From positions 1-64,000 of the forward strand of contig KZ538227.1 in assembly GCA_000934665.2 (NCBI GenBank): 64,000 nucleotides of DNA, read 5' to 3'. This document shows positions 34,271-46,200 of this stretch, piece after piece; the stretch's first letter is position 1, and each line of letters begins with the position of its first letter. A model generated the notes under the pieces. It ran no database searches, was not told the DNA's origin, and saw nothing but the letters and a program-made list of their open reading frames with translations. This DNA comes from Catajapyx aquilonaris. Lineage: Eukaryota. The position numbers were made by a program, and so were the translations under genes.

Positions 34271-37200
34271 CTGAAACGGATGTCATGGCCAGTTCAAAGC
34301 ATGTGGTCACTATCAGTGTCACTTACTTCTTTAGTCCACTCTGATGTGTCGTCTTCGTCCTGGTCAAGACTGGAAGTGGCAGCTGCCATGGACTTGGACT
34401 CAGCGCTGCCTTGGATGCTGTGCACCAAAAGGGTCTCCTGAGTGCTTGGATTGGTGCTTATCACAAACGGAACCATGCTCTGCGGAGGACTCTTCTCTTG
34501 GTAAGGAGCAGGGTGGGAGTGGGGGTGGGGAGGATGCGAGTGGGAGTGAAGAAGGCGGTGTGATTCGCGAAAGTCTCTGTTGCTTTCTGTTGCCGAACCT
34601 TCCGTGTTGCCATAGCCTGTGGAATATGAGAAAATTTTAGTTACTCTTGATAATTGAGAATCCTGGGGCATTATTGAAAGCACTCACATTTGAGGCTGTT
34701 GAGCGGTTCTGGCTCGCATTCATCAGTCTTGATTATTCTCAGTCTGGAGGCCAAGCCCCTTGGGATTGGAGTCTCACTCTTCACGGTGTACAAAAGCAGA
34801 GTGATGACTCCCTGAGAGCAGAGACAGTAATCAGCAAACGTTTCGAACTGTGTCAGGTGTTTGAAATACTCACAAGTAAGGCACATGAAATGCAGAAAAG
34901 GTACTGCGACTTTTCAGAGGGAATGTTGACGTACAATATGCTGGAAGCCGTCATTATGAGGCAGCACGTGAAAATGGCAGCCGACCTGCGCACCAACCCA
35001 ACTCTGGGAATAAGATGTGCGATTAATTATTTGCTCTGGGAAAAATGTGCGAATTCTAACCTTTTTTGGACTAGCAGATTTTGGGCAGAAGCGTTCGACT
35101 CGTGAGCCATGGCCCTCAGCTTGGCCATTGTCAGCCAGTAAATGGTCAGGAAGAAGGTCAGCAGGATGCCGGCAGAGACCAGGAAGGACACGAAAAATCC
35201 CCGATTGTCCAGCAGCAACCACCAACCGGACAGCCTCCACCTCATGGTCTTGTGGGCAAAAGCAGTGGCCGCCAGTGGCATCAGAGGAAGTGCGGTCACT
35301 ATTGAAATGATAGCCAGCTGCTTCACGTGTCTGGTCCACGGAAATTGGATCACTTCATTGTACACCAAAAGTAACTGGCTGAACTGAGACGCCATCGCCA
35401 AAAGGACAAATGCCTCCAGAAACACGCACGAGTATGGATAAAAGTTCTGTGGGGAAAATGTACTAATTAGCCACATTATGACTAAAATTATCTGGTACTG
35501 TACCTTTGGTATGAGATTCTGACCAGCACAAAGAAAGAGGGTCATGGAGCCGATGATGGAGAAGCAAAACTGTATCTTGAGGTAGAAGAGATAGTGACGA
35601 TGCATCCTCCAATGGCAGAGAAGCACCGCAACCACCAAGAGAGTCATCAGGAGGCAGCTCATGCAGCCGATCAAAACAACCGTGTCGTTGTGCAAATCAG
35701 TCTCGTTCTCTACGGGCTAACAAAACACACCCATTATGTAACACTTGAGATAATCATACAAAAATATTTGCCAATACTGACTGGTACTGTATTGGTGACT
35801 TGCAAAAGCGCATATGTTCCTGGTCCCTGGCAGTTACATCTGGTGGCATTGAGCATGGCTGTGGGGACACAAGCAGCCAACCCCCATGTCGCTGCTCCGG
35901 ATGAGGTTCGGTTGGCCCTTCCACATGTCACTCTCCAGTTGCGTTCAGGGTACTGCTTCAGGTGCTTCAGGGTCAGAATGACCTCCTCTCCACCACCTGA
36001 ACCCAAGCTCCCATCTGCACCTCCTCTCCAGACACTCACCACGTGTGAGTTCACTTCATACATTACTTCCACATCCTTCCTGAAACAAGCACAGGGGTTT
36101 CTTCGTCAGACTTGTTTCCACAAGGCAACATACAACATATATTCAAAATAATTAAGTAATATTAATTAGACGCACCCAGTTTGACCCACGTATCTTTGGG
36201 GCATCATTTCATGTAGGCTTCGATACACGACGATCACGTAACTGGAGTTGTCTCTAAACGCGGCGATTCGGCTAGAAGCCAACCTCAGGTGGATTTCGTC
36301 TTGAAACCATGACGGATAGCTACTGGAAAATGCATGTTATAACGGTGCCCAATAACGCCCAATAAACATGACTTACATGCTATGGGTCCTGGATGGCGAC
36401 ATGATGTGCTCGTAAGTGACCATAAATCTGACGGTCTCCAACACAAGTGAGACAGAGTTGGTCCTGAAGGGCTTGTCGAAAGGTTGCGCAGCAGCGAAGG
36501 TCAACGAGAATTTTTCGATGCACCATTGCATATTTGGCAGTTGCTGTCGAAACAATCGCAAATAAATGCTGGGGCAAATTGGTTCATCCTCTCGTATCTT
36601 TACCTCTCTGTTACGAATTGAGTGGTTCTGGTTCAGGATGGCTCCCAGGGCACCAAAATAGTCGTACACTGAGTCGGCAAGCTCCTTCTGCATCTTCTTC
36701 TTCATCATGTAGCGGTACACCCTTCTAAACAGCTCCAAGACTGTCTCGCCTTCTCCAGGATACATCTGAACTCGGCCCCTCAGAAACTCATCCGATTGCT
36801 TCAACACCTTTGCCGGTGTGGTTGCCGCATAGCCCTCAGTTAGCTGCTCAAACTGCAAGGCAACATACGCCTTTTGCTCAACTGTCATAATCCAGCCAAC
36901 AACTTCAGGCAGTCTGTACCCACATATTTAGACGGCCCGATCATATTTAAAAATGTGTTGTGCTGCCTCATGTTGTTGGTAGAACTATACTTACATCGTT
37001 TCGGATGTCCTTAACCTCCGGGGACAAGCAATCAGACAGATCTGGCACGTCCCATCCGACAGTGTTTCCCGTCATGTACGTGCACTTCCTGGAAGCGATC
37101 CCCTTGTATGGCTCCGGGCAATGTATCCTGGCTAGCTGGTTGACCGCGGTCATGGGCCAGGTGATGTTCCAAGCCTCCTTCTGCAGGCAGGTCTTCACCT

Positions 37201-40200
37201 GAGACAAATCGGCCACTTTGACCCACAGCCACTGCCGTCCCGAGCCCATTTTTCCTCCAGCCTCGCACGTGTAGTTCGCCGAACCCTGTGCGTAGAAAAT
37301 CCCCTGGTGATTTATAGTCTTCGCCACAGCGAGGCGCCTACTGATTGCGCGCTTTTCGTAGGCGGGAAGTGGCGCCCGTTGGGTGGCCTTCGTCAACCAC
37401 TTGGGAGCCCCCTTGGTATTAAGTCCGGGGGAAGAAAACGGGGACATTGAACCGATTCCTGATACTTATACTGGCGTGACTAGGGCTTGGCCTCTATTAC
37501 GACCCCAAAGTTCATTATATGGTGTACGCACTAATTATGAGGAGAAACCGGCAGGAAAAGGGTTGCCGTGACCTACAGGTGTAAATCATCTGTCGGAATT
37601 GGAATAACCGTGACCAATGTTTGGGGGCAACTACTGCCCTGCTTAATTAGAAAATACTGCGCAGGTCGTCAGTTCAGAAAATGTTTACCCAGAAAGTTAT
37701 CTAAAAAGAAGCAACCTGTTGGAAGCCTGCAGTGAACAATCAATATCTTTCACACATAGCGATGGCATTTCCGAGTACAAACATTTTCAAGTATGGTCTC
37801 AAATAGTGTGATCTGTTACTACACTAAATGTGGCGTGTGAATGGGTACTCGCCTGAGCATTGATTATCTTGAGTATAGAGCCCATTGGATAGAGGTCCTC
37901 GATGATCTCATTATCGCCCATTTTTGTGTCCATGTTCTTCTTCCAGGTGTATCCGTATATCTCTGCCAGATGATCATTCGATGCCTTGCACGTCACATTC
38001 ACGCTGCCTCCCTGTCCATTCGAAAGAATATTCAGCATTATCCATGGGTCATTAATTTGAGTTGCATGTTCCAAGAGCAGCTATCCAATAATTTTCCTCT
38101 GAACTGCTTATTTGTTCTCGTCGCTTACATTGAAACAGCTATGTCAGTTTGAATAAGCCAACCGATCTCTAAATTACAGTGGATGGAATTTTCTTCCCAC
38201 TGCTAACTTAGCAGTACTAGTGTTGGCAGTGGTACTTCTAAGTTAGCAGTAACTAGCAGTGGGACGAAAATTCCACCCAGTAACTTTTCGATTGAAATAT
38301 CCCACTGGATGGTATGAAACGCCAATGATGGGCTACAAACAATGTTAAGGTATTCAAAAATATGAGTTCATGCAACCTATGAGATTTTTGACAACATCTA
38401 AAGCATCTCTCCACGGCAGTTTGCTAACTACTAATCAGACACCTGTTGTGGAAGCACCAATCAAGTTGAATGTTTCACTAGAAGATACCAGATGTTGCTG
38501 AATTTTTGCTTTCTTCCTGAAGCCAATTTCTCACATGGAAACACTAATATATAAACTCTTCATACTGTAATTAACCTTACCTTTGGCACCGTGGCCGACA
38601 AGGGCGTCAAGCAAACAGTGGGCAGCGACTGCACCTCCACATAGATGTCCCTGCACTGCAGCTGCAAGAAGTCGCTGACCTGGCAGACAAAGACCCCTTG
38701 ATCCGTCATAGTGGCCTTTGGCACCACCAGCACCTCCGATAACTGATCCTTACTGTTCTTCGGCAGCCTTATTTGCAGAATATCCCTGTCCAGCAACAAA
38801 ACAAAGGAGAACAAGCGATCAAAGCCTGACTCTCTTCCTCAGCAGGTTCCCTGTCTGGACCAAGCCGCTCAGATGGCGTCCACTTCCTCTCCCGTCCCAA
38901 ACTATCGATTTTCCCCACAGCCACTATACACCCGACCCTACCCAACCCTCCCATCCAACCCCCCAGCCCCATCCCCAAAAACCCACGTCCTTTTTCCCCG
39001 ACTGCTGCCTACGACGCGCAAGAATGTCATTGATCTGTTCCCGCCGCCAAATATGCCCTTACATGCCGGACATCCTTGTAGGGACAAAAAGGACATTGTC
39101 CGAGGCTCGCCGGACAGTAATCGTCTAGAACTTGTTGCGTTCCGTCAGTCCAACAAAACCTCAAAATTTTTGGGGGGAGACAAATCTACCCCTGTACATA
39201 AGTTGGGTCCTAACACATCTTAAGGTCCGAGTGTAATCGGACAGAACTTGTTGCGTTCCGACAATGGAGCCCATGGGACCATCCAAAATGTCGGGGTCTG
39301 CTCCATTTGGCACGGTATGCAACCCCCTAGAAAGGTGATGCCACTTCCCATTTCCAAGGGCTAATTGCATCGGTACGACACTCCTACCGTGAACACCGTC
39401 TTCCATTTGGAGAATATTGTCTCCCAGCAAGCAGCCAGGAGAGAGAGAGTGGTTTTCGCATGGGTTCAGAATATGGCGGACATTAGGCGCAGACGACCGC
39501 GATATTGCGAGGGGGTGGTTCTTTGACGGAACCAAATCAACGTTTAGCACGGCGTTCGGAAGCACCCAGAAACAGTGAAAAAAAGTATTTCACCCCACAG
39601 CAGAAAAGGCTGGAAAAATGGGGCCATAAAGTGCCTTGCATTAACCTAATCTCCACATTAGTGTTCACTAAGTTGAGCTTCCAGAGTAGAAAGTAGGGTT
39701 AGTTCCACAAAATAATCAGCGTCATCAGCTATATTTTGAAAATATTACTATACACCAGGGAGGCTTTTTGTATTCCATGTGAATTAATGAAGAACTGACT
39801 CATTGCATAACTTGTCAATATCAAAAACATAATACTGAACTGGAGGCTAAAAATTGCGGCGATTGATATAAGCTCGTTAACGTACAGGCAATTTACCTCA
39901 CTAGGTTATGATGGATCAAGTAAAAAAAACCGCGGCCCAACTTGTTTTCAGCAAAATTATTAGTCCAACCACATGAAAGACACGGGCGCTAATTACTGGC
40001 GGAAATGCCAAGCTCATATTCGGTGAAATTAAAGTACGCGTTCAAATTTCCATCCCGAACTATGACGTGGTATCATTTACGTACGTATGAGAAGTGATCA
40101 AAAATTTACGCAATAGTAGCTCACAGTAATTAAATCACTTTCACACATTAGCGCCCGATTAAATGTAAAACAAAACACAGATTCCACTTACAGTATACGC

Positions 40201-43200
40201 CATCTGCCTTTGAAGGCTTTAGATCAGCAATGATCTTGTTCCGAAGTATCCTAGAGTCGACAAATGTAATTAGGTAGAGTGGAGGTTACCCGTCTTACCT
40301 AAGACCTTTAGACTTGTCAATGGGCTTGCCATCTTTGAACCAGCGGAACTGAATGTAGTCGGACCCTGTGGCCACACAAGTCAGGGAAAATTCTTCGCCT
40401 TGCTTCAGAGGGAATTCGCGATTCACCTTCACACTCTGAAAAAGAGAACGCAACAAAGTTACATAGCCATTAACCTAAAGACTAAGGACCAGTTTTATCA
40501 AAGCAAATAAATAAAATCTCTAATAATTACTTATTACTAAAAATTTTGCCTAATTTGCTTTGGCTCTTATCTCCTGCAATTTTTCTTAAATGGGGTAAAC
40601 ACACTTTAGCGTTACAATTAGGCTCCTATCCTTATCCGACATTTTTCTCTGCCGAGAGTAGCAGAACAAATATCTGCCATGAAAACTAAAATATGACCGT
40701 AAAGATGACGAAAAAGTGTTCCTGCTTTTGCACAAGCTCAGCATCCAAGGTGGCGGATCAAGATAAGTTTCAATCTCTGACTTCTCCGCTTCCACCGCCT
40801 GCCTTCTTCAGATTTTCCGGCTTCTAATGCCCCTCTCCCCCCATAACACTTCTCACCCTCACAAATCAACACTATCGCCCATCACTACAGTATTATCCTG
40901 TAGATTAATATTCCACATACCAATTCATAATGCTATGTACAGTCACGTGTGTTAGGCATCAATCATACGTATATATGTAGGCAGATCGAAGTTTTAGCAT
41001 AATACTTGCCATATTTTTATAAACACAAATACCTCAATAATTTGTTACTAGAGCATATATGAAATACCTCTCTAAGCGTCTAGTTCAAATATCGGCCTTT
41101 ATGTGGCGTTGCAGTGCTCTTGCCCCAAAGGCAGGTATCCCAAATAGTTCCGGTGCAAGGCCACCAATGGCATTAACGCTCTGAAGTCTCTTCAATTACC
41201 GTGCAGCCCGAGGATGCAATTTCATCATCTATATACCCAAAATTGCATTTTTCGGCTGACCTTGTTACCATCAATGTGATTCATGTTGAGATTAATCCGG
41301 GCACATCTTGCGTAATAACGAAATCAAGGTAGTAGGAAACACGAGGCACAAAAACGCAGGCAGTTATGCAATATCGCTCTGTCGCTCCATAAATTAAAAA
41401 CATGCTTTTGGTAGTACAAAGCGTGAAATGAGAGAATAATTTGCATTAATATTAATCCAGCATTATTTTGCAGAATTTAATTCCCTGTGTATTATTTCCA
41501 CTGCGGTAAATCAATAAATAAAGCTACCACGATATCAGCGTTGCGCAATTATTTAGGCCAGAAGTTGGAGAGAGTTATGGTGAGTACAGAGAGGATAGGG
41601 TTTTGCCTATAACAACCTTATGTAATTTGGAAGCAGTCCCAAGTGATAGCACGAGCTTTTTGATTACATCTAGAGGGTTTCTGAATAAGAGTGGTTTAAT
41701 TTCCCATTATAATTTACAATATGTGCCAAAAGTAATGCAAAGTGCATAATATGTTCTGCAGGTATGGTCTGGAAGAAAATTGTTTTCTTGTGTTGTTGCT
41801 TGTTGGTTAGGCATATCCCTGAATCATACTTTAAACAAAAACTGAAAATAACCAATTCCCTTGCGCACCTTCCATCAAACACCCGTGTCTGCACAAGCTC
41901 CAAAAAATTGCCAGAATTCCCTCCTCACAACTGAAAAGGTCACTCACACTGGACAAACGGAAAAAAAACTCAATACATTTCCACCAAGCTGCCCTGCGCA
42001 CATCCCTCTGAATAGGCAGCAGTAACTTGAAAAACACCTACATAAAAAAGCAACTTAAGATGCTTTACTGCCTCGCTTTGCTGCGCTTAAAAAGAAGCAA
42101 AGACGCATAATATTCAAGGCCACTCCTCAGGTGGGCAAAATGCAATTAGAATATTGAAATTTAAGCACTGCCCTAACAATATGTCCAAGTCATTAAAAAG
42201 TCTGTCAAGGTGTTTCAGTTCAGCACTAGAGAGGAGTCTATTGTGTGCGAGATAAACACATTAAAAATTCTGCGCCAGTACTAAACTATAATGTAATGAG
42301 CAATTGGTATGTTACGAGCATATTTCACTGCTCGACTATTATTTTAACCCTTAATGTTTCTCATCCATTTATGAAGTAACGATATCATTCCTGCCTTAAC
42401 AGAGTTAGCAGGTTTGAATCAAGTCCCTGCTACTTCAGAACTGCCTCCTTTATTCCAGTGGGAGAGACTCGAGCACCGTTCCTCTTAGGTAAGATCAATA
42501 CGATACCGTTTAATCTCTTCCAAGTATCTCCGTTTTTCATCTGGTGGGAATAGCCCCAAACGGAAACTCCTCCTAAACTCCAATTATGTGCATAAATCAA
42601 GCAAAAGTTGCAACTAGCCTAACCGCACCTTCCTAATTCGCCATTGCACGTTTAGCCCTCCTAACAAAGTGACATACTCTTGAAAACCCAGGTACATGTA
42701 ATTACACCCTCATTAAGCCTGAAGCTCGGGAGTGACGTGGGTCTGTAACAGGTGTGTAACCGGAAGCTAGTGTTCTTGTGTACAAACCCTGTCATCCTAA
42801 CCTGCTATGGATCCCAAGAGCCTCTCTTGCCCTCCGGGTCGGCATAACACGCAGGCGCTAAATCCCACGTTGCCCTCGAATAAATCCTGTTTGAACCTAC
42901 AATAGCCTACTTCAACAACTTCCAACGAGTACACTCTTCTGTGTTGAAGTTGCTATTAATCCAGGCACATTCATGATTAGGGTATGCATAAAGCAGGTTA
43001 ATGATATGATCGAGAGCTTTATATAATTTGCGCCTCTATAAAGGAATGCTAACCACATTACGATACAGCATTGTGAAATACAGCTCGTGTAAAAAAAAAT
43101 ATGACACGTAACCGCGCGTAACACTGTGTTAACAAAAGCGGAGTTGCAAATAGCGAAGAATTAAATTATTGCAAATTACTATAGTCTTTCTGGGCTAACG

Positions 43201-46200
43201 GGGTTTTTCCCATATGAAGACACACATATGGCTCATTTTTTTCGTTTTTTTTCGTTTCAACCTAGCGAAAACACATACTCATAACATAATTATACTGCAA
43301 TTTTTTACGACTTGTCTACTAGCAATAAATGTAAACACTCCCTTGCATGCACCTCGATGAGAATATGTGCTCAAACATGTGTTGCATTCTCAAGCGCTGA
43401 ACTGAGTGGAATATAAGCCATTCAGAAATTCCTCACCTCAATATAGAGAGGCCTCTGAATGTCGAGTGTCATCTTGAGGCCCAAGGTGAAATTCCCCAGC
43501 TGCTTATGGTACTGCAGATCCGTGAAAGCCTTGGTCGAATTGTGCTCCTCCTTCTGGTCTCCAAAGAAGTGGTACATCACTTCCGACCCCTCCCTGTCAA
43601 ATTCACCAAACGAATACATCAGCCATGTCCAAAAATATGGAAAAATAAGACCTACCTGACTGACAAAATGGCAAAATGGTCGATGACATCCACCTCGTAG
43701 GAACGGTAGTACTCTTTAAGCTGCAATACACAAAGGCAATGGTGCAATTTGGCGTATGATCCTGTACCAGTGTAAAAGGCCCTGGGTAACAGAACCAACA
43801 AGCGCAGCCTCGGCGTGTCCACAAACATCTCAGAGGCCCCTTATCTGCGGCCAATCCCCTGGCGCCAATCCCATTTGCAGCTTTTACTAATGAATTAACG
43901 GCCGCAAAGTTAACGTTACGACCCCACCGCCCTGGCTAAATCCCTTCTCTTGACGCAACCCATGGCTGCATCAGACATTCTCCGGCCGTCATCCTTCCTT
44001 CCGCACACCTATTGCCAGCAACCGCACACGCCTTGTTACGACGCCCTAGTTATTACGTGACGTCGTTTTCTGTGCATAATGCAGTCATTTCGTAGGAAGA
44101 GGAAAATGCGAAATCTGGGCAGGAAAACTAGGCCTAATATTGATTTAGCCTGTGTGATATTGACCTTGATAGTACTTTTAGGGAACATTGTGAGTGACAA
44201 ATGATGAGGAGGAAGTATGCCCATTCAGGAATCTGAGAGGTCTATTGGAAAAATTTGGGGGTCTTGGTTATGCAAGGGACGTGGGAGGTGTGATGCAATC
44301 GATCTGATGAACCAGATGGCACAAAACGGAATTGCATGCTGAGACCCCCTCGTGTGTATGTGTGAGTGCGTGTGGAATCCATGTCCAGCCTTGTACTGCA
44401 CTCTCCAATAAAAACTGTGTAATCAACGTGGAATACTTTCATTTTCTAAGGAGGTTGCTCCTTATGCAGCAAGTTCCAACAATGAAACCTTTCATTAGTT
44501 CATCGTACAAGTTGTCAAATCCTATAGGAAATTCCAACATCGGAAATTCATATAGCCTACACAGTATGTAATATTCCGGAAAACAGTCGGAAGAAGAGCG
44601 TTCAACTTGAATGCTCAAAATTACCAACCCCGCAACAACAGCAGGAAAAATCAAAGCTGATCAAAACTCTCGCGGTATCATCATAAACCGAGACTATCAT
44701 TCAAATAGGCCATATCAAAAACCCAAACCTGACTGAATGAACTGATGTGGAATATCTATGGTATATTATTTTGTGGAATTATAGTGGATGTCATATACTG
44801 TAATTAGGTAATGCAGTGTGTGCCATTTTTTCACTATAGGCTAATTATGCTTATGCAGTTACCTTTTGCACCTATTTTTTTTTAGATGTAATCCGAAATA
44901 TTACAGTATACTTAATACTGCACATTAAAAACGACTAACCACTGCTGGCATTTAAGTTGGAACATACTTACATATTGCAATTAATTTTACTTCCTGTTTC
45001 ATCACGACTCTTCGTTCCTATGAAAATGTGATGGTGTTAATGATGTTATTACCTCACACCACCGCACCGGCCTAACAATGGACATCAGATTATCTAATTC
45101 CGCTGGGACTGATGGATCCCATATAATTGGGGACGTAGCTAACTCAGAGAACACAATTTCAGACTAATTTTAATCTGAATCAGAACTTCGCACATTTCAT
45201 TGCCTAATGAACCCCGATTTCATGAGATCCAATAATCCGCCTCAGAGGGAACTGCTAATCGTCATGTCCAAATTGCTCTACAATTCTATTTAGGAGGATA
45301 TGTGACGAGCTTGTATGCATTATTATAATATTTTATGACGCAGTTTACTACGTATATCATCGTATGTGCATATTTACCTATAATTTTAAATCAATTTACA
45401 TCACTTATGCGACGAGTAATATCGAAATGAACATTTAGCACCATATTAACGTCAACTCCCGCAATGGCAAACCTAGCACAAATTTCATTGGACTTTTTCA
45501 CTTTTTCACATCAAAGTCCCTAGCGAAACTAATCCTTGCCCTTAGGAGACTCAAGCTTAGAGAGAGAAGCTCTGTTGTTCATTATCCCAACCCAACCAGT
45601 GCAGTTGTCGAGTGTATAGATGACCCATGAGAAAAATACGCGTCGGGTACAAGAGAGAAAATCAATTTGGTTTATCATCTGGAGAGAAAGGATCAGCCTG
45701 AGTGTAATTAAACGCCACGAGGCCATCATTATTTAAATAAGGTGTAAAAGCTGCGCAAAATGTCGCGCTTGAAAGATATGGTCGGATCGTGGCCGTCAAA
45801 CGCCCCGAGCTCATTAATTACGGCCAGAAAAGTCGTCAATGGAGGCATTTAATGACACTCTCCACCGTCTATGCCAGCCGTGTCACCGACTACTAACTTT
45901 CTAGAAGACGCCTATGAAACAGGCCTGCTCGTTCCCCAGATTAGTTCACACATATAGTTATTATGAGAGATATTCATTTAAGCAGACGAGAATATTGGTT
46001 GTAAACTCCGCCCAGCCTGCAATATGGTGTTTAAAAACCAAGCACATTAACCATTTATCTGCCCCCCGTGAATTTAAGTGGAGAACGGCTGGGGGCTATA
46101 GGGTTCGCCTAATGTGGACAGTCCTGTGCCTTTACCCTTCAGGCGGAAGATGGCAGTGTGACATCACGCACATGGCTATAAAAAATACACGGCTTGCCCA

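Noticed and set aside
35594..36151. Plus-strand ORFs of 150-185 aa over the aGPCR 3' exons (also 34647-35105)
   Set aside because: Antisense shadows of real minus-strand exons.
39127..39260. 18-bp direct repeat AGAACTTGTTGCGTTCCG (39127 and 39243)
   Set aside because: A real local duplication, but with no LTR, TIR or coding features between the copies.
44439..44654. Minus-strand ORF as an extra aGPCR exon (also 45529-45729, 47308-47634, 50757-50880, 51737-51910)
   Set aside because: They have stops in the required phase or poor splice sites, and the model is phase-complete without them.
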